This document shows positions 42,724-55,212 of a DNA stretch of 64,000 nucleotides, piece after piece; within the stretch, counting starts at the first letter, position 1, and each line of letters opens with the position of its first letter. The stretch is taken from positions 70,618,001-70,682,000 of the forward strand of contig OX597821.1 of NCBI GenBank assembly GCA_951406725.2, given 5' to 3'. The position numbers were made by a program, and so were the translations under genes. Under the pieces are notes generated by a model that was not told the DNA's origin, did not search any database, and worked only from the letters and a program-made list of their open reading frames with translations. This DNA is from Octopus vulgaris. Taxonomy: Eukaryota.

Positions 42724-42816
42724 TTTTCTGCTGCTTAAAATAAAGCATATTACTCTACCACTGGTATTTGAGTACTCTTTTTTCCACCTTGTTTCACATT
42801 TATGTGTTTACTCCGG

Positions 42817-42862
<46 letters not shown>

Positions 42863-43123
42863 TGTATGTATGTGTGTATGTATATATGTGCGTGTGTATA
42901 TACGTATAAATATAAACAGGTATGCTTGTACGTATGACCGTGAAATGGTTCTCATGTGCATGTAGGGATGTACAAATGTGGGTGTGTACGTGCACGAGTG
43001 TTTCTTGTTAAACCGGCGCTCCCACCGCGCCATATCTGTATGTATTTATGTTCGTTTAAACGTACACGTTTCTATGTATGTGCTTGAGTATATAAGTGTG
43101 AGTATGTATGCGTGTATGTGTAT

Positions 43124-43165
<42 letters not shown>

Positions 43166-43540
43166 GTGGACGCGTATGCGCGTGTGTGTACTTTACAGTA
43201 AATACCTGTATAGATTAATATACTCAGCTATAGGTAATCGAAAATAATGGACAAATGTAAGCAAATAATTAGCAACCCCTCAAACTTATACTTCCTACAT
43301 ATACAGCACGCTGTTGTATATTTAAGTTAGCCGAAGCAGACTGCTTAGCGAATCTAAAGTTAAGTGATCTAGCTGTCCACAGCGCGTTAGTTATGCCAAT
43401 CAGATTTTTCATTTCAATTAGGTTTCTAATTGTTTGTGAATCTGTGTGTGTCTATGCGCGCACACGCGTGTATGTATGCACATAGGCATGTATACATACA
43501 TTATCTTCGGAGACAGATGACGGGAGCTTAACACAAACAT

Positions 43541-43990
43541 AAACATAAACACAAAACCAAGGAAATGGACATAAAATTTTTTTACCGTAAAAATTTTTTA
43601 TCTCGTTTGGCTTAACAGCCCTTCTTGTTTGTGTTACTGTTATTCTCCGTGTCCTGTCCTTTACTGTTTATATTTTGTACTGTCGTTACTATCTTGTTTT
43701 TGTTACCATTTTTACCCCTCCGCAAAAAAATCTCACATTTTATTTAATTTGATTTTCGCGGGAAGGAAATTTTCATTGAAGTCATGTATCGCCTTGACCT
43801 TCGAAACGTGGAGTAAATGAAATTAAGGCGACTGAAGAAGGGGAATTTTCCTTGTTTTGTATGTCCTGTACTCTATTTTTTTTTTTTAAATGTCCATTTC
43901 CTTGGTTTTGTGTTTATGTTTTCGCTTCTCATTGTGTTCGACGTTTTTTTTGGTGTCCTGTACCCATATATGCATGTAGAGGTAGGTACG
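43541..43990 (+). repeat. Non-coding element with a perfect 32-bp inverted repeat (43541-43572 / 43890-43921), PLE pseudo-LTR-like architecture
   Basis: AAACATAAACACAAAACCAAGGAAATGGACAT and its exact reverse complement; broken hammerhead-like pieces at 43769-43845. Confidence 0.6.
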
Positions 43991-44038
43991 TACATATATG
44001 TATGTATATATGCATATGTTTCATTTATTTATTAATTC

Positions 44039-44089
<51 letters not shown>

Positions 44090-44090
44090 A

Positions 44091-44320
44091 CTTTATTTTA
44101 AGCAGCAGAAAATTCAACAAAATCTGTTACTCTGAGTTTCTCGTTGCCGTTCATCAGACAGTTCTTGCTAGCAAAAACTGTCTGATGAACGGCAACGAGA
44201 AACTCAGAGTAACAGATTTTGTTGAATTTTCTGCTGCTTAAAATAAAGCATATTACTCTACCACTGGTATTTGAGTACTCTTCTTTCCACCTTGTTTCAC
44301 GTTTATGTGTTTACTCCGGT
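44091..44320. mobile_element. Solo PLE pseudo-LTR forming a 158-bp loop-less palindrome with back-to-back hammerheads
   Basis: 44091-44169 is the reverse complement of 44170-44248 (one mismatch seen). 44168-44320 is nearly identical to 42665-42817. Confidence 0.92.
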
Positions 44321-44345
44321 ATATATATGTATATATATATGTATG

Positions 44346-44377
<32 letters not shown>

Positions 44378-44394
44378 TACGCACACACATACAG

Positions 44395-46220
44395 ACATAT
44401 CACAAAGCCTTGGAAAGCTAAGTAATCTATTTCTATTTAAGATTTTAGACTTTAAAAATTTTAAATATTTTAATAAGTCTTATTGTATTATTTTGTATAC
44501 TATATAAATACTGATTGTTATGTAATGATTTAGTTATCGAAGTTATGTATATAATTTTTAGATTTTAACTCTACGTTATTTTTAAGATTTTACTTAGCCA
44601 AAGAGATATATAGATCGTTAATAGTAATACGATTTTTAAAGTTAGGTTTCTTGTTTTAATTTGATTTTAATCTTTAATTTTTTTAATGTATCTCATAATT
44701 ATATTATATTAATATTTAATATTTATGTAAGTAGTATTGGATTAATTAATTTATTTATTTTTCTTTATTTGTCTATACATTTATTGATAGCACAAATTTT
44801 AGTCTTTAATTACTATATTTGTTGATAGTAATTTAGTTATTATTTTTAAATATTTTATAATTATTAGATGTGTACTTAAATCTAAAATATAAATAACGAT
44901 TATTTAGTTAAATAATTTGGTAATTAAAATTTTGGACTATAACTGAGTTAAGGATATTTGTGAGTTTATTATGTTTTTTTTAAGCTATATTATATATTCA
45001 TAAATATCTCTAATAGTTGACTTTGTTCTATTATAGCTTAAATATAGCTATTTTCAATTGATAATTTGTAGTAGTATTTTTCATTGATAAAATATATTCG
45101 TAGTTTTCATTGTTAAAGAATTTTCCATTTGTTTATTTTTTTTTAGTTAATGACACGTTTTTTAAAAATAAGTAAACCTTTTTTTTTATATTTTAATAAT
45201 TTATGTTATATGGCATTTATTGGATACTATATAACTACGGATTGTATAAGTATTTAGTTGTTGAAGATATGTAATTCATTATTTCATTATTAGATCATAA
45301 CTATACGGTTTTTGTAAGTCATTAATTAGCCAACGAGATATATGGATCGTTAAATAGTTATAGGGTTCTTTTAAGATAGTTTATACGTTTTCAATTTGCT
45401 TTTTCATCTTTAATCTTTTAATTTTTTAATATATTTCATAAGTAATAATGAATAATTAATTCATTTAGTTTTTTAAAATACGTATATATATTTATTGATA
45501 GAGATAATTTTAGATCTTAATTATCATATTTATATATATTTATATATATTTATTGATGATTTAGTTACTATTCAAATATTTTATAATTATTTGATTTGAA
45601 CTAAGTTCAAATATGAATAGTGATTATTTTTTTGCTTATTGTTTTTTTAAATAATTAGGTAATTAGATATTGACTATAACTGAGATTAGGTTATTCGTGA
45701 GTTTATTATGATTTTTTAAAGCCATATTATATCTGAATAGATAAATACATTTTCTATCTATTCTTACCTTGAAAATTAATATTTAACATTATAATTGGAT
45801 TGTATGACATAATCATAAACGTTAAAGTTTCTAATTTGATAATTATTATTTTATTCATTTCTTAAAAAATATTGTTTAAATATATTTGCTTATTTATCTA
45901 ACTATTATCATTAACCTGAAGATTGACTATAACCATAATTCCAATTTTTAATCGAATTTGAATTATTTTAATTCGAATTAGGTTTTGAACATGAAACGTA
46001 CGTAGTGGTTTTACTTATTATCTTATAATTAATTTAAATTTAAAAATCTAAAAATTTATAAATATAGATTAATAATTTTAAATTTAAATAATTTAAATTT
46101 TAAATTTTATATTTTATATATTTTGAATATTATATTAATTATTTTAATTTTTATGTTTTGGTTTATGTTTTTCACTGTTTGATTTGTCTAATAGTGGTTT
46201 TATCTCTAATTTAATTTATA
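44395..46220. repeat. Very AT-rich non-coding repeat with internal diverged direct duplication; terminus shared with 37190-37375
   Basis: TTAGCCAA.GAGATATAT.GATCGTTAA at 44593 and 45326, GACTATAACTGAG at 44935 and 45672. The terminal TTTTCACTGTTTGATTTG.CTAATAGTGGTTTTATCTCTAATTTAATTT also occurs near 37322. Confidence 0.7.
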
Positions 46221-46370
46221 TATATATATATACTTATACACATACATATATATATATGTTTGTATGTATATGTATGTATATGTGTATATGTATGTATATA
46301 TGTATGAATGTATGTATGTATGTATGTGTATGTGTGTATGTATGTATGTATGTATGTATGTATGTATGTA

Positions 46371-46490
46371 TGAAGAAGAGCTTTGCTCGAAACGTTAATT
46401 CCTCTTTCCTTTCCTGAGTGTTTGATAATACATTACTTGTACCACGTCCTCACGTTGTTGTTTTTTCATGTTTGTTTTTGTTCATTGTTT
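46371..46490 (+). ncRNA. 5'-truncated hammerhead-like motif (family H1) plus conserved downstream tail
   Basis: UGAAGA-A-GAGC(UUU)GCUC-GAAA-CG-UU; C3 and the 5' strand of stem I are replaced by microsatellite. Homologous to 1787-1900. Confidence 0.55.
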
Positions 46491-46726
46491 GGATACACAC
46501 ACACACATAAATATATACATGTGTGTGTGTATGTGTGTGTGTGTGTGTATTTGTGTGTGTGTGTGTGTATTTTTGTGTGAGTCAGAGGTTGAGAAACCAA
46601 GGGATAGTACCTATCCAATATACTACTGGTAGTGTACCCAATTATTCATACCTAAGTGCTACTTATTGCATGGTAATCTTGCAGTTGATTATTATATCTG
46701 GGCAGGGGTAAAAGAGTGATGTACCC

Positions 46727-47060
46727 TTGATTTATGCGGCAAATAAGAAAACGGAGAAGACTCAAAGTCGACAAAAATCAGCTAGTAAACATTCAAGTGT
46801 GAGCAACGGGCAAATGAGCAAAAATATAAATGGATGTGCAGGTACTATATTTTTGCTCATTTGTTTCTATATACTTATATGTTATTCACACCTTTGTCTA
46901 TACAGTTACCAGCTTTTTCCACTCGCTAATCTGTATCACTCATACATGTGGGTGTGTATTCATCCAATACATTTGAATAAATAGACATACTTGAATGTTT
47001 ACCGGCTGATGTCTGTCGATTTTATATCCTCTCTGTTTTCTTATTTGCCGTATGTATATT
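46727..47060. repeat. Fold-back element: ~70-bp imperfect inverted repeats with an internal 18-bp hairpin
   Basis: CGGCAAATAAGAAAAC..GTCGACA..AATCAGCTAGTAAACATTCAAGT is inverted at about 46987-47052; inner CAAATGAGCAAAAATATA / TATATTTTTGCTCATTTG. Confidence 0.7.
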
Positions 47061-47121
47061 TGCTAGCTTCCGATATACGGAGCTTTTAACTGGTAGCACT
47101 TGCATGTATAAGTTGTTTGCA

Positions 47122-47202
<81 letters not shown>

Positions 47203-47241
47203 GTGTGTGTGTGTATGTATGTATATATATATGTATGTATG

Positions 47242-47287
<46 letters not shown>

Positions 47288-47831
47288 TATACATATATGT
47301 AAATATATATATATTTATATACATAGATAGATATATAGATATAGATATATACATATGTATACATACATATGCGTGCGTATGTGTGTGTACATGTATGTAT
47401 ACATACATATATAGATAAAGATGTACACAAAAATTATAGTGACAGAGGGAGACAGAGAATAAGAAAAGGTGTACAGATGAGGGGAAAGTGAAAGTATGGA
47501 GATAGATTCTTTCTAAAAAGCCACTACACAATGATGTCCATATCCGTATCATTAACAGCGCAAATAACATCCTCCTCCTCCTCCTCATCATCATCACCAT
47601 CACCGTCGTCGTCGTCGTTTTCGCCGTCATTAACTTGGTCGTAATTGTTAATTAGTCGGTCGACATGCTAGGATTAGCAGCCGGCTTCGTCGCTCAAACT
47701 ACATTTGAATAATGTGGCCCTGAATGTACTAAAACTGAGCAAAAAGCGGATGATTGTGATTGGAAAGGGTTTGATGATTTGAATGAGCGATCTGCATGGT
47801 CGATGAGGACTAACCTGTGGCTAAACGCTTC

Positions 47832-48003
47832 CACTACGACCACAAACTCGATCATCTGCACCAGTCAACCTGGGAGTATCGATATCGGTGTTTCTAAGCT
47901 GGTGTCCATATGACTCTCACTACGACCACAAACTCGATCATCTGCACCAGTCAACCTGGGAGTATCGATATCGGTGTTTCTAAGCTGGTGTCCATATGAC
48001 TCT
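47832..48003. repeat. Exact 86-bp tandem duplication
   Basis: 47832-47917 equals 47918-48003. Confidence 0.95.
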
Positions 48004-48287
48004 TGGAGATCCCTATATGTATTAGCGGGGTCCAAGCAAGCAAAATAGTAAACTGGGAACCCCGCGCAGCATTTCAAGAGTCCATGAAAAGTCTTGATTC
48101 TTTTTGTTTAGCGCTTCACAAAGTCTAACCTATACAAGTGAATGCGTGAAAAGCAAAATAGGAATTTTGAAAGATGTTTCTATAAAACTAGATTTTAAAC
48201 ATCGAATGGCTATGGTGAAGGGGGCGCACAAGAATAGAATAGTAATCAAAGGGGTCTGCAGGTATAAAAAAAAGTTGAGACCCACTG
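47972..48287. mobile_element. Degenerate hAT-like MITE
   Basis: Left CGGTGTTTCTAAGCT, right (revcomp) CAGTGGGTCTCAACT, with internal GGGGTC motifs typical of Charlie-like MITEs. Confidence 0.55.
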
Positions 48288-49940
48288 AGCTATATGGTTA
48301 CCACTAGAAATACCAGCCAAGTATTCAGATTACTTACTACTCTCTTTTGAAACAGGAAGGGCACATTGGAATGATGGGATCTTAGCTATACTCTACTTTA
48401 TAATGCCCAAAATAGATGGATTGGTCATGTCTGAAATAATTATTCAGTATAAATTAGATCTCTTTGATAAAAGATGACATGGACAAACAACAACAACAAC
48501 AACAACAACAACAGAAATACAGCCAATACGCCCAGACGGAGCATTCATCTAATTAACTATGTACTAAACTGAGCAGTTGGACACGTGACTGACTGGCCAC
48601 AAAATAAGGTTATCAGACTAACCAAGTGCTAATTAAACCTGTCATGGTCATCAAATTGACCAATGAACCTGTTAACTAGCTTTTAAACTGGCCAAAGTAT
48701 CAAGTCTGCTCGGTCAGACTTGGTTTAACAACCTCAACCTTTACGTAATTACTGACATGCTAGAAATAGCAACCAATTATCTTTTAAATTACACTTTACT
48801 CTCTTTAAAAGCCCCAGCATGACCGCGTTCCAATGACAAAAAGAAGTGAAAGGTCAAAGATAAAAGATACATAAGGGAGGGTCATGATTGAGACGCTTTT
48901 GTTCACGGATCTAGATGGCCAAAGCTAACTGGTGGTTGTACAGCAACAAAAACAACAACAACAGCAACAACTAAACCACAAGGATGGTAAGTCCAGTGAT
49001 GTATGACCAAGTAATCAACTGATAATGGTAAGTCTCTGCTCAAAGAACTGATTGGTTGAGATCAAAGAAACTAATTTTCTGACCAATGGAACCACTCTAT
49101 TGACAGCAGAACAGATTAAACAATCACCAAATTAACCAGTCACTTGATTGACCAACTGATTTGTCTCTCCCTCACTCTCCTGCCTCATCATTAGTATGTC
49201 TGCTTATCCATATACTTACTAACAGGAGACACACAATATAATGTGACCAACGAGCCACCAGAGTGACCAACAGCCCGACTTTGAAACCATTCAGTCAACC
49301 AAGAAACCAACCAACGTATCAACTACTCTGCGGTCCTTCTTTCAAACGAGCGGCCATCTGACGTGTTTACAACCATATTGAGCAACCACAACAGCCATTA
49401 TGACAGTCTCTATTCTGATCATCTGCTTGACTACGAGACAACTGGAGAGCGCCTGCGAGGCAAAATTTCTCTCAAATCCTACCCTGTGGCAAAAACAAAA
49501 AAGAAAGTAGGAAAACCACGTTGAAAAATCCGTTCCCTGACAACGTAAAGGACGAAAAAGCCATCAGAAGAAGAATAGATCCGCACAGGAGGATAAATAT
49601 TAAGAACATAGCAACCACTTGATTACTAACGGAGGCTCAAAGTGATAATTCAACACGCTAGAAATATCAACTGGATCTGCCTCAAATCAGATCCTGCGGT
49701 CCTAAGAAATACATAATGTAGATTTAAATATATAGTATTTGTGAAAATGAAAAAAAGAAAGACTGCATGGTCACCGTTGGAATGTCTTCGATTATAAGAA
49801 GTTTGGTGTATTGAAGCTGTCCTGAGGTTAAACAACTACATCAGTAACTGGGCTAGAAACCACTGACTACTAAATCAGACAAAGAGTCACGGTGGTAGTC
49901 AACCATGACAGCGTTGCTCACCATATTGACAACATTTAAC

Positions 49941-49997
<57 letters not shown>

Positions 49998-50766
49998 GAT
50001 AAACCAATCGACCAATCGACAAACAAATAGAAAATACTAATAAAACAAAAGTGACCAGCTGCTTAAACCACGAAACACGACTGGTCAGTCAGCAGAATGA
50101 CCAACAGCCTCACCAGCAAACCAAACAATCACCTAGTCTACTATTACATTGATTGACCGGTTGACCGTGAAACCAAACTACCAACAGACAAACAAACCGA
50201 TCAGACAACGGGTCAGCTCGCCAGCCGGTCAGTTAGATAATATAACTGCAATTAGAATGACTAATCGCTTTACTATGAAACCAAGCTGCTCGTACTACCA
50301 ATATGTCGGACACCAGACTGACCAACAACATGTCTACGAAAGCAAATGCTTAACGAATGACTGGGCCTCTACAAAGTCCGTCTTTATACTAAAAATAGCA
50401 GCCAAATCTCCAACTTTTTAAAGCGCTACCATTTTTAGCTAAATAGAAGGCAAAAAACGTGATGCAATTCTAAATGCAAAATGCTGGAAACGAAAGATGG
50501 AATGGCCACGGAAAGAAAAAATTTGATTGTAGAACCATTCGACTAACGTTGACCTGAAGCTAAACAACTATAATGACAATTGCTGAAACATGAATCCTGT
50601 GAAATAAAAAAAAACAACGAAACAAAAGAGGTTTTACTATCTTTTTATATTGCTGACACACACACACATACATACATACATACATACATACATACATACA
50701 TACATACATACATACATACGTATGCACATAAACTCTTTTACACAAATAAATGCACACACACACATA

Positions 50767-50851
<85 letters not shown>

Positions 50852-51409
50852 GGATTGTTACGAAGTAGCATTAGCATTACCTTTAATTCCTGATTGTATA
50901 TGTATACAATTGCTTAAACATATCTATCTAGCAACCCCTTCTCTCTCTTTCTCTGTTATGTATACAGTATATTCATATTCAAAAACAAAAAAAAAAAAAG
51001 GAAAATGGCTAACGAACTTTGGTATGGATAAAAGAAAGAAAACATTTACAATTATATCCAAATATGCTACTAGTTTCAATTGTTTTTAAGACGATTTAAT
51101 CATGGTGTAAGAGAAGGAAAAATAAAATAAGTTAGTGCTTCATGATGTCAGTTCTGGAGTTGCACATGTTTTTCATACAAAATTTCTATGGTGGCATATA
51201 TATATACATTGCTTATATAAGCTCACTCACACAAACACACATATAATTGCAGTATAAACTGCCATACACTGAAAAACGGTGGACAAAATGTCATACAATA
51301 TTTATTTACGACTTTGCCTTTCGGTTTTATCCGTAGAAGACCGTTGAATGATATAGAGGGGATACGCGTAGAATGTAGCATTCAGTTTTCCCTTTTACAA
51401 ATACAAGCG

Positions 51410-52262
51410 CATTCAGGTTAGCAAAAAATCAATAACAGCTATGCACTTAAGTCTGTTTAATTGATGCCTTTTGATAATCCTTCTGGCTCTTTAGAGTCTA
51501 AGTTCAAATCCCGCTGATGTCAGCTTTCCTTTCATCCTTTCGAGGTCGACAAAATAAAGTACCGTGTAATCGACTCACCCACCTCAACTAGAACCGCTGA
51601 TCTGGTCCCAAAATTTGAAGCATACACAGTGAGGTGGCAGAATTGTTAGCATGCCGGACAAAATACTTCACGGCATTTAATCAGCTTTTAACGTTCTGAA
51701 TTTGAAGTCGAGCATCGAGGTCGGCAATATTTTCCAATCTTTCGTATGCGATAAAATAAAGTACCAGTTAAGTATTGGGTCTGTTGTAATCCACTTCCCC
51801 TTGCTCTACAAATTTCTTGGATTCATTTCATTGAGGGCCAGTAAAGAACAGTTACACAGAAAGTCAGCATAAAAGCTTTACTCTAACGATTTAGTTTCGT
51901 CTCTAATTTTGCGTTCGAATTCTGCGAGTTATTGACATTTGCCTTTCAACTTAAGCGCTTATATTCTTCTCTCTGTGGATTTAGAAATCAATTTCTTTGA
52001 ACAGAAGGTAATTTTGCATACATGATCAATATATTTTTTCCTCTGAGGCGGCGAGCCGGCAGAATCGTTGGCACGCCGGATAAACTGCTTAGCAGTATTT
52101 CGTCCGTCTTTACGTTCGGTGTTCAAATTCTGCCGAGGTCGACTTTGTATATTTCATCGTTTCGGGGTTGATTAAATAAGTACCAGTTGAGCACTGGGGT
52201 GGATTTAAATTACTTACCCCCTCCCTCGAAATTGCTGGCCCTGTGGCAAAATCTGAAACTAA
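51410..52262 (+). mobile_element. Three or more tandem family B SINE copies of different ages (best copy 52046-52262)
   Basis: Repeated GTTCAAAT, GAGGTCG and AAGTACC blocks near 51500, 51720 and 52120. Confidence 0.8.
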
Positions 52263-52677
52263 TACATCTTCTCCGTTTTTCTTCTTTTGTTGTATTATTT
52301 GTGATTCTGCGGAATGGATCGAGTTGCTAACACTTCTCAATCCAGCACGCACATGCACGTGTATGTAGAAGCACACTGTAACCAATGCAGATATATGTCT
52401 CTTTATGGACTTGTGTGTGTGTGTGTGTGGCGCACGTGTGGGGGTCGTGGGCGTGTGTGGTTCTGTGACTTAACAGACGCATATACAAGAATGTATAAAT
52501 GCAAGCAATGACCACTAAGCACGAGTGTACGTGTTTATATGTGCGCGCCCGTGTCAACATAATATACACACACATCTGTTTATACGTTCATACGCCGAAT
52601 AATGACAACGCCTGCGTATCAACATATACAGATACACGTGTGTATATAACACATCTCTCTCTTTCTCTCTTTCTCTA

Positions 52678-52735
<58 letters not shown>

Positions 52736-52878
52736 GAAATGGATGGATAGATAGATTGATAGGTAGAGAGAGACACAAACGGATACCCGACAATCCAAGG
52801 ACTATGCGCGTTTGCAAGGGTGTTAGTGTGTACACGTGTGTGTCGACATGAAAAGACCCTCCACAGATATGACACTCG

Positions 52879-52918
<40 letters not shown>

Positions 52919-53102
52919 AGACGGCAACAACTCAGAGATGTTATATGGGGTGTGAGAGACTGGATAGAGGCGGACGGGGGGGATTAAAGACGCTTATGTA
53001 AATGAAAATAACTCAACTGAGCAGAGAAACGGGGAAAAGGTTGGGAGGAAACACTTTTTGGAAAAAGGAGAAAAATATGGAAGATGATAATAAATTAAAG
53101 AC

Positions 53103-53205
<103 letters not shown>

Positions 53206-53490
53206 GGATGACAATGATGATGATTAATTATGACAATGATGATGGAGATGATGACGAGGACGACGCCAGTGATTAAATATCATTTCATTTACTGTCTCAA
53301 AGGTGATAGTGATATTCTAATGATAGAAACCCTTTTTTTTTAAATTCTGTTTTAGTCTTTGGTATTTTTTGTTTTTATAAGTATAATATATCCATAGTTA
53401 TGATCAGAAGACGACGAATTGACAACAAACTTGCAAAGAACAAAAATATGAAAATGTCCGTGTGTATTTTATACACATGCCTACATACAG

Positions 53491-53544
<54 letters not shown>

Positions 53545-53588
53545 TAGATAGATAGATAGATAGATATACAGATAGATATGATAGATAC

Positions 53589-53622
<34 letters not shown>

Positions 53623-53624
53623 AA

Positions 53625-53656
53625 GAGATAGATAGATGGATATGATAGATAGATAA

Positions 53657-53691
<35 letters not shown>

Positions 53692-53692
53692 T

Positions 53693-53738
<46 letters not shown>

Positions 53739-54035
53739 TAGAGAGATCGATAGATAAGTTTCTTTATTGGCCACACAGGGTTGCACACAGATGGGACAAG
53801 TTACAAGGTAGAACTTTTCTTTTGGGGGAGAAAAAAAAAAGGTGGCGTAGGTTTTCGATCAAAAGGGATCGTAAAAGGGAAAAAAGAACAAAAAAAAGAA
53901 AAAAAGAAAAAAAGAAAAAAGGGAAAAGGAACAAAAGAAAAGAAAAATGAAAAAAGAAGAAAAAAAGAGGAAAAAAGGGGAAGAGGAAAAAAACGATAGA
54001 GAGAGAGATAGAGAGATAGAGAGATAGATGGATAT

Positions 54036-54095
<60 letters not shown>

Positions 54096-54096
54096 T

Positions 54097-54138
<42 letters not shown>

Positions 54139-54430
54139 TAGAGAGATCGATAGATAAGTTTCTTTATTGGCCACACAGGGTTGCACACAGATGGGACAAG
54201 TTACAAGGTAGAGCTTTTCTTTTGGGGGAGAAAAAAAAAGGTGGCGTAGGTTTTCGATCAAAAGGGATCGTAAAAGGGAAAAAGAACAAAAAAAAGAAAA
54301 AAAAGAAAAAAAGAAAAAAGGGAAAAGGAACAAAAGAAAAGAAAAATGAAAAAAGAAGAAAAAGAGGAAAAAAGGGAAGAGGAAAAAACGATAGAGAGAG
54401 AGATAGAGAGATAGAGAGATAGATGGATAT

Positions 54431-54514
<84 letters not shown>

Positions 54515-54530
54515 TGATAGATATGATAGA
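53625..54530 (-). repeat. 400-bp-period tandem duplication of a retroelement-like 3' UTR embedded in (GATA)n/(GA)n
   Basis: GCGATAGAGAGATCGATAGATAAGTTTCTTTATTGGCCACACAGGG at 53735 and 54135. The minus strand is pyrimidine-rich and ends AATAAAGAAAC then TATC repeats. Confidence 0.85.
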
Positions 54531-54567
54531 TAGATAGATTGATATATATATATATATATATATATAG

Positions 54568-54613
<46 letters not shown>

Positions 54614-54616
54614 CTC

Positions 54617-54675
<59 letters not shown>

Positions 54676-55212
54676 GGATGGATGGATGGATGGATGGATA
54701 GATAGACAGATAGATAGATCATCATCATCACCATCACCATCATCATCATCATCATCATCATCATTATCATCATAATAATAAATTCTAAAACCATCGCGGG
54801 TCCAGAAATATTTGTGGAGCGAGAGATACACAGTTGAATAAATGTAATTCGATAATAGAATGGTATTTATTTTGTTCGTAGCTAGATGAAAGGCCAAGAA
54901 GTTGAACCCCAGAGGGAACAGAACTCAAAAGATCTTAAACAAGAGCAGCAACGACCCTTCCACGATTCCAAACACTGCAGACCCCTTATAAAGTGGTTGT
55001 GTGGAGATGAATATTTGTTTTATGCATATTTAATACAAGAAAGTTTCTAAGAGAATGGTCCAAAAGTATTCTCAAAAATAATTATCTTAAATTTCGTCAA
55101 TATGATCGCAATGTCCTTCATCGAAAACCTATCTCGGCAAAATTTCATTTTAAAAAAGCAGTATTTTTCAGAAAAGATAAATCACCAGCATCGTTTGTTA
55201 AGCAGAGGTGAG

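Larger units (their letters stand above)
40725..42816 (+). mobile_element. 5'-truncated Penelope-like retroelement (C-terminal EN type, possibly Nematis clade) with long 3' region ending in a hammerhead-bearing pseudo-LTR
   Basis: GIY-YIG ORF, then AT-rich sequence, then a hammerhead at 42663-42723, ending ACTCCGG at a (TA)n tract. Continuity of the 3' region and the clade are inferred. Confidence 0.75.
47665..50570 (+). mobile_element. Cluster of about five co-oriented, decayed family C SINE 3' parts in ACCA/GACC-rich DNA
   Basis: CTAGAAATA.CA.CC-like starts near 47668, 48304, 48759, 49657 and 50389, each followed 150-200 bp later by AAAC/(AAC)n ends. Confidence 0.55.

Noticed and set aside
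44395-46220. Mitochondrial insertion (NUMT) as the explanation of the AT-rich block
   Set aside because: No mitochondrial protein, rRNA or tRNA motif was recognised, and the terminus recurs at 37.3 kb like a nuclear repeat. A BLAST search would settle it.
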